Below, piece after piece: positions 49,100 through 58,694 of a stretch of DNA of 64,000 bases; positions within the stretch are counted from its first letter, which is position 1, and every line of letters starts with the position of its first letter. A program made the translations under genes and the position numbers. Below the pieces are notes generated by a model. It ran no database searches and was not told the origin of the DNA. It saw only the letters and a list, made by a program, of their open reading frames with translations. The stretch is taken from NCBI GenBank assembly GCA_963664875.1, contig OY761611.1, forward strand, positions 2,816,001 through 2,880,000, written 5' to 3'. This DNA is from Candidatus Kapaibacterium sp. Its GTDB lineage: Bacteria; Bacteroidota; Ignavibacteria; Kapaibacteriales; UBA2268.

Positions 49100-49172
49100 T
49101 GCCCTGTGGTGTAACTGGCAACACGTCTGACTCTGGATCAGAAGAGTTCAGGTTCGAGCCCTGACGGGGCAG
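49100..49172 (+). tRNA. tRNA-Gln (CTG)
   Basis: TGCCCTGTGGTGTAACTGGCAACACG-TCTGA-CTCTGGA-TCAGA...GGTTCGAGCC...CGGGGCAG. Confidence 0.95.
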
Positions 49173-49173
49173 C

Positions 49174-49206
49174 AAATCCTTCGATTAAATCGGGGGATTT
49201 TTTTTT
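49174..49206 (+). terminator. Terminator after tRNA-Gln
   Basis: AAATCCTTCGAT...ATCGGGGGATTT followed by a T-run. Confidence 0.65.
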
Positions 49207-49251
49207 AGTAAATACTATATTTCTCTTCAAATTATAATGTAAAAAGCAACA

Positions 49252-49731
49252 ATGATATCAAGTGATGCATTCCAAAGAGAAGAAAAACTCGTAGCTAGCA
49301 ACAGAAAAGCTCGCCACGACTTCGCGATTGTGTTTACCTTAGAGGCAGGCATAGCTTTGACCGGTACGGAAGTCAAATCTCTCAGACAAGGCAAATGCAG
49401 TCTTGTTGATGCTTATGCTGCATTCAAAAACAAAAATGATGATACATTTGTGCTTTACAACTGCCATATCAATGAATATACTCATGGTAATATCCAAAAT
49501 CATCAGCCTAAACGTGATAGGATATTACTGATAAATGCTAATGAAATCAAGAAACTTCGCAATCTGACTCAGGAAAAGGGTATGACTATCGTGCCACTTA
49601 GAATTTACTTCTCAGGTCAGTTTGCCAAAGTTGAGCTCGGCGTAGCAAAACCTAAGAAAAAATACGATAAAAGAGAAGCTCTCAAAGAAAGAGAACAAAA
49701 ACGCGAAACTCAAAGAAGTTATAAAATGTAA
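49252..49731 (+). CDS. smpB: SsrA-binding protein
   Basis: NRKARHDF, EAGIALTGTEVKSLR, IVPLRIYF, KKKYDKRE. Confidence 0.97.
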   Translation: MISSDAFQREEKLVASNRKARHDFAIVFTLEAGIALTGTEVKSLRQGKCSLVDAYAAFKNKNDDTFVLYNCHINEYTHGNIQNHQPKRDRILLINANEIKKLRNLTQEKGMTIVPLRIYFSGQFAKVELGVAKPKKKYDKREALKEREQKRETQRSYKM

Positions 49732-49740
49732 TTCCTGCTT

Positions 49741-50406
49741 TTATTCTTTCCAAACAAAATCGAACAAAAGAAAAGACACTGATACTATCAAACCGGCATA
49801 AGCTGTCATTAGTCGGAAATTGCTATCTCCTCCGCTTACACCGCCATCGATAGTATAGCGGAATGACTCTATACCCAAAAGAATCAGGGGCACTAAAATA
49901 GGAAAAGCCAAAACAGGAAACAAAGCGTTCTTGCTGCTGCCTTTTGCTATCAATGCAGAAATGATGGTAGTAGCACCTGCCAATCCGATAGAAGCCAAAG
50001 TAAGCGAAAGTAAAAATTCCCAAACAAAGCTTATCGATATGTAGTCGTTAAACAAAAGAAAAAGTGCCGTAGCAAAGAAATTTAGAAATATCGAAAGAGT
50101 TATATTGAATAACAATTTGCCGAAAAAGACAGAATAGGAATCAGCACTTATTTGCAAAAGGAAGCCTGTACCTCTCTCTTCTTCGCTAATAAATGATTTG
50201 GATAATCCTGTCATAGCGGCAAAAAACATTATAATCCACAAAATGCCGGAAGCTGTGGCGGTTTCCAATTTGATGCCTGCAGTTGAAAATGCAATCATTA
50301 TAATCGTAGTAAATATAAAAAGAAGAATTGCCGAAACAGCATATCTGGTCTTCAATTCACTTTTCAATTCCTTTTTAAATACAGCAAATATCTTTTTGAG
50401 ATTCAA
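49741..50406 (-). CDS. ccmB: Heme exporter protein CcmB
   Basis: KKELKSELK, SFISEEERGT, LFPVLAFPILVPL; about six TM segments. Confidence 0.85.
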   Translation of the reverse strand: MNLKKIFAVFKKELKSELKTRYAVSAILLFIFTTIIMIAFSTAGIKLETATASGILWIIMFFAAMTGLSKSFISEEERGTGFLLQISADSYSVFFGKLLFNITLSIFLNFFATALFLLFNDYISISFVWEFLLSLTLASIGLAGATTIISALIAKGSSKNALFPVLAFPILVPLILLGIESFRYTIDGGVSGGDSNFRLMTAYAGLIVSVSFLLFDFVWKE

Positions 50407-50780
50407 ATCTTACTCCCTTGCGTATAAATTCAAACACAATATAAATAAAATCCATGAATTTCGGATTCTTTCTTTATTTACTCACATTTCTTCAGACCTC
50501 TGAACTTAGAATCAAAATGTGAAGAAATATCATTGTTATTTATTCCTAAGTGCATAAGCTTTATTGTGAGTGAATCCTTTGAGTGCTATCTTAAAGTTCT
50601 GTTGAAAAAATATCTCACTTTGTAAAGTCGGATTTGGTTATTAGTTGCGGTCATCAGACAGCAAAAAGATGCTACTTTTTTGAGGCTTTTAACGATTTGA
50701 TATTTTATATCAGAAAATCTTTTTTAAATTGCTTTTGGTAATGAATAAGTCTTTATGATAAATAAAATTGAGGGCACTTG

Positions 50781-52415
50781 ATGAAAAAGATTCTTTTATC
50801 TCTGATTTTAGCTGCTTCTGTAATGGGAATGTACCGAGCGGAAGCATGTACTAATTTCCTAATTACAAAAGGAGCCTCTGCAGATGGTTCTACAATGATA
50901 ACCTATGCTGCAGATGCAGGCGGCTTTTTAGAACCGCTTTTCTTCCTTAACCCTGCTGACCACAAACCCGGCGATATGCTTACTATACACGATTGGGACT
51001 CACATAAATATCTTGGCAAGATACCTCAGGTGCCTCATACCTATGGCGTGGTTGGCAATATGAATGAGTGGCAGGTTTCTATCGGTGAAACTACTTTCGG
51101 CGGTCGTGACGAATTGAGAGATACAACAGGTCTTATTGACTATGGTACTCTTATTCAATTAGGACTTCAAAGAGCAAAAACTGCCAGAGAAGCTATCAAA
51201 GTTATGACTGATCTTGTCAACACTTATGGTTACTATTCCGGTGGCGAATCGTTTTCGGTTGCTGACCCTGATGAAGTTTGGATACTGGAGATGATTGGCA
51301 AAGGTCCCGGCAGCAAAGGTACTGTGTGGGTTGCTCGTCGCATTCCTGACGGCTATGTAGCTGCACACGCTAATCAGTCAAGAATCCGCAAAGTCATCAT
51401 GAACGATCCTGAAAACTGTATGTATTCAAAAGATGTTATTTCTTTTGCAAAAGAGAAGAATATCGTAGTAGAACACAACGGCGAATTTAGCTTTGCAGAT
51501 ACATACAATCCTTTGGATCCGGGTGGTGCTTTGTTCTGCGAAGGTAGAGTCTGGAGATTCTTCTCTTTGGCTGCTCCGAGCAACAAACTAAATGAAGATT
51601 ATTGGAGAGCAGTTAAGGGAGCAGAGCCGTATCCTCTTTATATCAAACCGGATAAAAAACTAACTCCAAGAGACTTGCAAGCCTTCATGAGAGACCATTT
51701 TGAGGGTACAGAATATGACATGACAAAAGGTGTGGGTGCTGGTCCATTCGGTTGCCCTTACAGATGGAAAAATTTAACATGGAAAGTTGACGGCGACACT
51801 GTAAACTCCTATGGTTGGGAACGCCCAATTGCAACTCAACAGTCGGCTTTCACTTTTGTTTCTCAGATGCGTTCATTTATGCCAAGAGAAATTGGTGGTG
51901 TTTTCTGGTACGGCGTTGATGCTGCTTCTACTTCATGTTATATTCCTCTTTATTGTTCTATGACAAAATGTCCTGAACCTTTTGTTGGCGGATCTATCAA
52001 AGAATTTGATATGGATAAAGCATTTTGGGTATTTAACGCAGTTGCAAACAAAGCATACTCAAAATACTCTTACATGATAGAAGACATCAAAAAAGTACAA
52101 AAACAGTATGAAGATAAATTTGAATTATTCCAAAAGCCTATTGAAATGGCGGCACAGGAGCTTTACAAAAAAGACAAAAAAGCTGCTATAGAATATTTAA
52201 CAGATTATTCTGTTTCTTCTTCAGAAAACGTAGTAGAAGCTTGGAGACAGCTATATAAAGATTTGATGGTAAAATACAATGATGGTTACATCAATGACTT
52301 CACAGCCCCGGGCAACGAAAACGGCAGACACCCTAAAGGCGTGGGCTATGGCAACGAAACATTCAAAAGAGCAATAGAAGAAAGACCCGGTTACTATGAT
52401 GTAAAATGGCGTTAA
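50781..52415 (+). CDS. C69 family dipeptidase (Ntn-hydrolase)
   Basis: Signal peptide then ACTNFLI; MNEWQVSIGETTFGG, RAKTAREAI, HANQSRI. Confidence 0.9.
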   Translation: MKKILLSLILAASVMGMYRAEACTNFLITKGASADGSTMITYAADAGGFLEPLFFLNPADHKPGDMLTIHDWDSHKYLGKIPQVPHTYGVVGNMNEWQVSIGETTFGGRDELRDTTGLIDYGTLIQLGLQRAKTAREAIKVMTDLVNTYGYYSGGESFSVADPDEVWILEMIGKGPGSKGTVWVARRIPDGYVAAHANQSRIRKVIMNDPENCMYSKDVISFAKEKNIVVEHNGEFSFADTYNPLDPGGALFCEGRVWRFFSLAAPSNKLNEDYWRAVKGAEPYPLYIKPDKKLTPRDLQAFMRDHFEGTEYDMTKGVGAGPFGCPYRWKNLTWKVDGDTVNSYGWERPIATQQSAFTFVSQMRSFMPREIGGVFWYGVDAASTSCYIPLYCSMTKCPEPFVGGSIKEFDMDKAFWVFNAVANKAYSKYSYMIEDIKKVQKQYEDKFELFQKPIEMAAQELYKKDKKAAIEYLTDYSVSSSENVVEAWRQLYKDLMVKYNDGYINDFTAPGNENGRHPKGVGYGNETFKRAIEERPGYYDVKWR

Positions 52416-52436
52416 GATTTCAATATACTTATTTAT

Positions 52437-52475
52437 AAAAGGCTGCTTACGATATTGAAAGTGAGCAGCTTTTTT
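52437..52475. terminator. Bidirectional terminator
   Basis: AAAAGGCTGCTTAC...GTGAGCAGCTTTTTT. Confidence 0.7.
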
Positions 52476-52482
52476 GATATTT

Positions 52483-52923
52483 TTACACACTTTCCACAAA
52501 TTCCTTAAACTGCTTCATCCATTTCTCGCCCTGCTTTTTGAACATCCCCGGAAAGAAAATAAACAGCATTTTTGGTATCAATCCGCTGACTCGTGTATAT
52601 TCAAATTCGTAAGTGTAGCGAGTCGAATTTGGACTGAGCTCGGAGAAGCTACACTTCATTGTGTTGTCCATGTGCTTATGCTCGTAAAATGCTTCGAAAG
52701 TCTCGGGGAGATTGTTTTCTATAATCGTTTCTTTGAGTTCTAAAGGACGATTATTCATTAGGTAGTATAAGTTTGAGACAGAACCTTTTTCGCCTTTCTC
52801 ACCGCTTATATGTTCGATTTTTTGAAAGCCGTCCTGCCACTTCGCAAGACTATTTGGATCTTTAAATAACTCGACAACAAGTTCCCTTGGTTTGGCAATA
52901 TCTATATAGCCCTGATACTTCAT
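52483..52923 (-). CDS. SRPBCC family protein
   Basis: IDIAKPRELVVELF...KWQDG...FKEFVES. Confidence 0.85.
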   Translation of the reverse strand: MKYQGYIDIAKPRELVVELFKDPNSLAKWQDGFQKIEHISGEKGEKGSVSNLYYLMNNRPLELKETIIENNLPETFEAFYEHKHMDNTMKCSFSELSPNSTRYTYEFEYTRVSGLIPKMLFIFFPGMFKKQGEKWMKQFKEFVESV

Positions 52924-53014
52924 ATTTATACCTCACTCTTAGCTAAGTATTATTTATATAAATACGAAAAATTGTTTATGCTATTTCAATATAACATAAA
53001 CAAGATAGAGAGAG

Positions 53015-53674
53015 TTAATAAAAGCCATTGAGCTCTTGGTATGCATTGTAGTTTTTGCAATTTGTTTCTCCCAAATCCAAATCGAGCTCACCTATTTTTT
53101 TAGCAACTTTCAGAGCGTGTGCCAGCAAATGTTCGTTTCGCTTACCAATATTGATGAGGGCAATATTCATAGATTGCTTTGCTCGGTTGGGAGCCTGCAT
53201 TATTTCTTCTTCAATTTTGTCGAGAAAATGCATCATAGTGTCGTTGTTGATAGTTTTGCCGGATTTGCAAAGAAATGAAATGATGTCGTATGCAGTTCTT
53301 TTTACGTATTCGTAAGGGCTATCTGCCCATTTGAAAGCCTTTTCTAAGGCTAAATCAGTCTTTACCACAAGGTTATTGGCAAATATCTCTGAAAGATAGT
53401 AGAAATCAATATCGTGGACCCATTTGTCTAACAAATCACTTGTCATTTGTTTTGGGTCAGCAAGGAGACAGGCAAGTAGTCTCGCTTCCATGTAAGATGT
53501 ATCCCAAAGCTCTAAAGCAACCTCATGGTTTGTCTTATATTTTTTCTTTAGCCTTCTTATACTGCCGAGTTTAATACCCAGGATTCTGTCATTAGCACCA
53601 TGTTTTTTGTAAGTTTTATAAGTTTGAGTATTAGAATAGCTAAGTAAGTCTTGGTATATAATCTCAAATGTCAT
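53015..53674 (-). CDS. DNA alkylation repair protein (AlkD-like HEAT repeat)
   Basis: GIKLGSIR, HEVALELWDT...EARLLA, SMNIALINIG. Confidence 0.85.
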   Translation of the reverse strand: MTFEIIYQDLLSYSNTQTYKTYKKHGANDRILGIKLGSIRRLKKKYKTNHEVALELWDTSYMEARLLACLLADPKQMTSDLLDKWVHDIDFYYLSEIFANNLVVKTDLALEKAFKWADSPYEYVKRTAYDIISFLCKSGKTINNDTMMHFLDKIEEEIMQAPNRAKQSMNIALINIGKRNEHLLAHALKVAKKIGELDLDLGETNCKNYNAYQELNGFY

Positions 53675-53778
53675 TATATCTCATTCAGAATTTACAATAC
53701 ACATAAATCAAACAAATTTAAGCAGATTTTATTGTAAAAAAAAGAAATAATAACGTCTTATTTGAATAATATTAGAAG

Positions 53779-54864
53779 CTATATATATTGCATTATCACC
53801 AGCGACATGTCGTCATTTGGCTTGTTTTCTCCAAGAAACAGCATTATATCAGATATAATTGCTTCTGCTAATTCTTCTATAGAAGATTTTTTTGAATTGT
53901 TTACACACTCTTTCAATCTATCAATTCCGTAAAGCTCTTTGGTGTTATTCATTGCTTCTGTGAGACCGTCAGAATAAATAATAAAATAGTCGCCGATATT
54001 TAGTTTACATTCATTGACTTGGAAATTTACTGATTTTAGAATACCAAGAGCAGGGGATTTGCTCTGAGCAAAATTCACCTCATTATTACTTACGTACATC
54101 GGTGGCAAATGCCCTGCGTTAAAAAAAGATATATGCCCTGAATCATCAGGCTCAGCATATACTAATGAAGCAAAACTGCCTTTGGGTTTATCTCGATAGT
54201 AGATTTTGTTGATTTTTTGAGCGAGTACAGCAAGATCAGTATTATTATCAGCAAGTGCTCTAATTGTAGCCTGCAACTTGACCATAAGTAGTGCAGCTGC
54301 TAATCCTTTGCCTGATATGTCGCCCAGTGAGATTGCTCTCCTCGATTCATCAATTTCCTGATAGTCTATTATGTCACCTCCGACTTCCTTTGCAGGCCTC
54401 GAAAGCATCCAAATGTTCCAGTGATTTATTTGTTTTATGGTATCAGGCATCATCGCAAATTGCACAGCTCTGCCGGCGTGCAGTTCGTCTTGGGCAAGCA
54501 TTTTGTCTTTCAGTTCGAGCATAAGCAGAAAAATAAGTCCGGCAATAGCGGCAATTAAAACTATCGCAGCATCATCTTCACCAGATTTGATTAAATGCTG
54601 ATAGTGAAAAAACATCACCAGAGATACTACCAAAACTATTCTTCTGTTCGCTGATAGCTTTAAAAACATATCTCTCAGTAGCCAATAGACAATGTAAAAC
54701 AACCCACGAGCTTTGCTCATATTCCTTATTTTGTCTTTTTGAGAGTCGTTTAGATAATACTCTTGAGAATCTGACCAATCCTGTTTGGAATTTTTCCAAA
54801 AATCATGCTCAAGGAAATCGCTAACTATAGTTTTTCTGATTGATTTTTTGTCTTTTTTTGGCAT
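53779..54864 (-). CDS. PP2C/SpoIIE-type phosphatase with N-terminal TM segments
   Basis: PAKEVGGD, GDISGKG, NAGHLPP, YSDGLTEA, DDMSL. Confidence 0.92.
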   Translation of the reverse strand: MPKKDKKSIRKTIVSDFLEHDFWKNSKQDWSDSQEYYLNDSQKDKIRNMSKARGLFYIVYWLLRDMFLKLSANRRIVLVVSLVMFFHYQHLIKSGEDDAAIVLIAAIAGLIFLLMLELKDKMLAQDELHAGRAVQFAMMPDTIKQINHWNIWMLSRPAKEVGGDIIDYQEIDESRRAISLGDISGKGLAAALLMVKLQATIRALADNNTDLAVLAQKINKIYYRDKPKGSFASLVYAEPDDSGHISFFNAGHLPPMYVSNNEVNFAQSKSPALGILKSVNFQVNECKLNIGDYFIIYSDGLTEAMNNTKELYGIDRLKECVNNSKKSSIEELAEAIISDIMLFLGENKPNDDMSLVIMQYI

Positions 54865-54972
54865 TTGTTTTCTATCTGCTGTTAAAATATTTATTCAAAA
54901 ATAAAGTTTTTGTTTTATAATCATATAGTTTTTTTATCTTTGAAAGTTAGGGCTTTTTTACTCTCATTAATA

Positions 54973-56886
54973 ATGCAAAAAATCATGACATTTCCTGAGA
55001 GATATAGAATTACTTTTAGAATCAATATTGTAGCCTTGCTGTTGTATTTGTTGCTTCCGAATGTAGCGAAGTCATTGCAGCAAGACTCTATAGAGATAGG
55101 TTCGGAAGAGTACCATAAAATTGTAAAACAAAACTTTTTACAATCAAACCGAGAAGAATTAGATTATTGGCTGCAAAAAGGAGAAAAAAAGGGAAAACTC
55201 GACCGCGATACTTTGCTCTTAGTCAAAGTATATGAGTACTATGCTCGTAAATTTTTTGAGACAAGAGAGATTGATTTTGCCCTTGACTATATGAAACGTT
55301 CTTATCAGCTTACTAAAGCTTACAGAGACACGAGTTTAATTATAAAAAGTAACATTCTTCTTGCTACTATGTATAGCTACGGTAATGATGACTCCCTTGC
55401 TATTGATTATTTTTTAGAAGCCGAACGTTTGAATACCGTATCAAAAAAAGGAGACAATATCAATGGATTATATGTCAACCTCGCTTTGTCTTATAGAAAA
55501 ATAAAAGATTACGATAGAGCATTTCGCTATTTCAAACTTGCCAAAGAAAAAATAGACACAAATAATTTGGTTCTGTATTCAAACTACCACTTGAATATAG
55601 CAAACTTATATGCAGATTTAAAAGAATATAAAAAGGCACAGTACCACGGCAATAGCGCAATCATGATGAAAAAACGACTTGGGGATATACCCGGAACTGC
55701 CCGCTCGTTGATGACTGTCGGTTACATTTTTCTGGAGTCAAAAAAAACATATATGGCTGTGAACTACTTTGAAGAAGCCTTAGAATATGGCAAAAAGCTA
55801 AATGATGTGTTTTTATTTCAAGATGCTTATAAAAAACTATACGAATCATATTCAACTTTGAACAGACATAAAGAAGCTTTAGAAGCACATATAAAATATC
55901 ATGAAATAAAAGACTCTTTAGAATACTCTGCAAAACAAAAAGAAATCAACGAACTTAAAGCTATCACAAGACTGCAGTCAAAAAATGAGTCCTTATTGAA
56001 AGAAGCAGAACAAAAACGAGACATTGAAGACAGCTTGCAAAAACAGAAAAACATTACTTATATATTGCTAGCTTTTGTAGTTATTGCTTTGTTTCTTGGT
56101 GCATTCATTATTCAACTCTACCGCCAAAAGGAAAGATTTGCTGCTCTGTTGACTCAGAGAAATAAAGAATATCAATCGATGAATTTGAAACTTAAAGATT
56201 CTAATGCAGCTAAAGACAAATTTATGTCTATCCTTGCTCACGATATGATTAATCCATTTAATGCTTTCCTTGGGATTACTCAATTCATACAGCGCAGTTT
56301 CAATGAGCTAAGCAAAGAAGAAATAAAAGAATCTATCAATGATATAGCCGAATCTGCAAAAGGATTATATACTCTTTTGGAAAATTTGCTGAAGTGGGGA
56401 CGCTCACAGTCCGGAAGGATAAACTTTTCTCCAGAGCATTATAATCTAAAGATGTTAGTTACCGGTACTATTTCAGTGTTAAATACTAATGCTATGGCAA
56501 AAAGCATTGAACTTGTTACTGATGTGCCGGAGAGCGTCAAAGTTTTTGTTGATCCTAATATGATTACCACAGTGATTAGGAACCTTGTATCCAACGCAAT
56601 TAAATTTACACCTCAGGGAGGTAAAATAAAAGTAGAAGCTTTTCAGTCTAACAAGATTACAACCGTTACTGTTACTGACACCGGGATGGGCATATCAGAA
56701 AGCGATATTAAAAAGCTTTTTGACTTAAGTAATCACCACTCTACGGTCGGCACTTCTAACGAAAAAGGGACTGGTTTAGGTTTGATTTTATGCAAAGATT
56801 TTATCGAGAGACATGGCGGAAAGATTTGGGTAGAATCTCAAAAAGGCAAAGGTAGCGTTTTTACTTTCACATTACCGGAAATGTAG
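54973..56886 (+). CDS. TPR-containing membrane sensor histidine kinase
   Basis: Signal, TPRs, TM helix, LAHDMINPF, NLVSNAIKF, DTGMG, GTGLGL; start uncertain (54910-54985). Confidence 0.92.
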   Translation: MQKIMTFPERYRITFRINIVALLLYLLLPNVAKSLQQDSIEIGSEEYHKIVKQNFLQSNREELDYWLQKGEKKGKLDRDTLLLVKVYEYYARKFFETREIDFALDYMKRSYQLTKAYRDTSLIIKSNILLATMYSYGNDDSLAIDYFLEAERLNTVSKKGDNINGLYVNLALSYRKIKDYDRAFRYFKLAKEKIDTNNLVLYSNYHLNIANLYADLKEYKKAQYHGNSAIMMKKRLGDIPGTARSLMTVGYIFLESKKTYMAVNYFEEALEYGKKLNDVFLFQDAYKKLYESYSTLNRHKEALEAHIKYHEIKDSLEYSAKQKEINELKAITRLQSKNESLLKEAEQKRDIEDSLQKQKNITYILLAFVVIALFLGAFIIQLYRQKERFAALLTQRNKEYQSMNLKLKDSNAAKDKFMSILAHDMINPFNAFLGITQFIQRSFNELSKEEIKESINDIAESAKGLYTLLENLLKWGRSQSGRINFSPEHYNLKMLVTGTISVLNTNAMAKSIELVTDVPESVKVFVDPNMITTVIRNLVSNAIKFTPQGGKIKVEAFQSNKITTVTVTDTGMGISESDIKKLFDLSNHHSTVGTSNEKGTGLGLILCKDFIERHGGKIWVESQKGKGSVFTFTLPEM

Positions 56887-56889
56887 TTA

Positions 56890-57324
56890 ATGGTAGAGTT
56901 TACTTCCTGTGGGATATTACTGTTCAAGGATGAATGGAAAAAATTTTTGCTGATGAAGCACAAAGACCGTTGGGATTTGCCTAAGGGGCATATCGAAGAA
57001 GGTGAAAGTTTCATAGATTGTGCAATAAGAGAGTTTGAAGAAGAAACCGGAATAAAAAGAACTTATATCAGGATTATTCCTGCTTACAGATTTGAATTAA
57101 TATACTTCCCGAGACTAAAAAAATATCCAAGGCAAGTAGTAAAAAAGCATCTTTATATTTATCTTGCAATATTAGAAAAAAATAAAGACATAAAACCAAC
57201 TGAGCATGAGTCCTTCAAGTGGTTTAAGTGGGATCCGCCTCATAAATTACAAGAAAAGACTATCAATCCTCTATTGGACTATACGGATAAATTTTTCAAG
57301 GCAAACGGTAAACCTAATGTTTAG
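56890..57324 (+). CDS. NUDIX hydrolase (Ap4A hydrolase-like)
   Basis: WDLPKGHIEEGE...AIREFEEETG; EHESFKW. Confidence 0.9.
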   Translation: MVEFTSCGILLFKDEWKKFLLMKHKDRWDLPKGHIEEGESFIDCAIREFEEETGIKRTYIRIIPAYRFELIYFPRLKKYPRQVVKKHLYIYLAILEKNKDIKPTEHESFKWFKWDPPHKLQEKTINPLLDYTDKFFKANGKPNV

Positions 57325-57997
57325 ATTTTCCATTCCAATCATACAGGCTGCCGGAGTCAAATCTGCCAAAGAAGCAGAATTGATGGCGGCATGTGGCTTT
57401 AAGTATTTAGGATTTCCTCTTAGATTAGACAGGCACGCGGAAGATATAAGCGACGCAGAAGTCAGAGAAATCAATCTTTGCTATCCAAATATATATTCTC
57501 CGGTGCTGATTACTTATCTTGAAAACGGATTAGATATTGTAAAACTTTGCACTTTTACTCAGTGCAAGATAGTACAAATTCATGGAAATATTGAGCTTGA
57601 AGAATTGCAAAAAGTCAAACGCGCAGGCATAGATGTTATTAAATCTCTGGTCATTGCTGATAACAATACAAAAGAGATTTTCTATCAATTGTCACTCTTT
57701 GACAAAATGGTCGATGCTTTTATTACCGATACTTACGACCCTTCCACAGGTGCTTCGGGAGCTACAGGGAAAGTACACGACTGGGACATAAGCCGAAGAA
57801 TAGTAGAAAAAACTAAAACTCCTATAATTTTGGCAGGAGGTCTCAATCCTGATAATGTCATTGATGCTATTAGATATGTAAAGCCCGCCGGAGTAGATAC
57901 TCATACAGGCATTGAAGATGAAAACGGCAATAAGTCCGAAGAGTTAATGAGAGAATTTGTATTATCAGCAGAGTATGGTTTCCGTGAGATATTTTAA
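57317..57997 (+). CDS. trpF: Phosphoribosylanthranilate isomerase (TrpF)-like protein
   Basis: VQIHG, FITDT, GATGKVHDW, ILAGGLNPDNV, GVDTHTGIE; ATG 57317 overlaps the NUDIX stop; N-terminal Cys absent. Confidence 0.75.
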   Translation: MFRFSIPIIQAAGVKSAKEAELMAACGFKYLGFPLRLDRHAEDISDAEVREINLCYPNIYSPVLITYLENGLDIVKLCTFTQCKIVQIHGNIELEELQKVKRAGIDVIKSLVIADNNTKEIFYQLSLFDKMVDAFITDTYDPSTGASGATGKVHDWDISRRIVEKTKTPIILAGGLNPDNVIDAIRYVKPAGVDTHTGIEDENGNKSEELMREFVLSAEYGFREIF

Positions 57998-58565
57998 AAC
58001 TATTTGTTTAGTACTTCTATTTTTACTTGCTAAAGGCGAACTTGAGGCAAACAATTCCAGACGTTACCCAAAACATCAATTTGGCTTAGGTTTTTCGTCG
58101 ATAAGCGGTGCAGGTTTGACATATCAGTTAGATGTAAGTAAAGTAAGCTCCATTCAGACCATTTTTTTTGCATACTATCAGGGCGAAGAACCGCCTGACA
58201 AAGTCAAGTTATATGCCAATATCGGTTTAGAATACCAGTATAATCTATTCAATGACAGAGAAACACGCTATTATCTCTTTTCAGGTGCGAGCTACTGGCT
58301 TATAGAAAAAAGAGATTACAAATTGGGCTATGTCAATGATATACTTACTAAGCTTGCCGAAAATGATTTGCACAGACTCTATAATTTTGGGTTAGGCATA
58401 GGCTACGAAATAAAATTTTGGGGTCATGCTGCCTTTAGTGCTTCTTTAGGTCTGCAATTTCAAAAGTCAGATGAGAGCAATCTTGATAAACTTTTCGATA
58501 GAAATCCATCCGGTACTTCTTTCTTCGGATTAGGGGGTGGGATAGGTCTTAGATATACCTTTTAA
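57984..58565 (+). CDS. Hypothetical outer-membrane beta-barrel protein
   Basis: Signal peptide, amphipathic strands (IGLEYQY, GLGIGYE), C-terminal GLRYTF; start uncertain. Confidence 0.7.
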   Translation: MRYFKTICLVLLFLLAKGELEANNSRRYPKHQFGLGFSSISGAGLTYQLDVSKVSSIQTIFFAYYQGEEPPDKVKLYANIGLEYQYNLFNDRETRYYLFSGASYWLIEKRDYKLGYVNDILTKLAENDLHRLYNFGLGIGYEIKFWGHAAFSASLGLQFQKSDESNLDKLFDRNPSGTSFFGLGGGIGLRYTF

Positions 58566-58694
58566 CAATACCTTTCGAATATTTATAAATAACAAGATAA
58601 ACACCTTAATTACGTGTAATTTAGTATAATTTCGTTCAGCTTCAAGATTTGGCATTGATTTTGAATGTAATTATCAAAATATACTGAGGTGTTT

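Noticed and set aside
48880-50780. tmRNA near smpB, or an island integrated at tRNA-Gln
   Set aside because: No tmRNA ends or tag peptide, no integrase and no duplicated tRNA 3' end seen.
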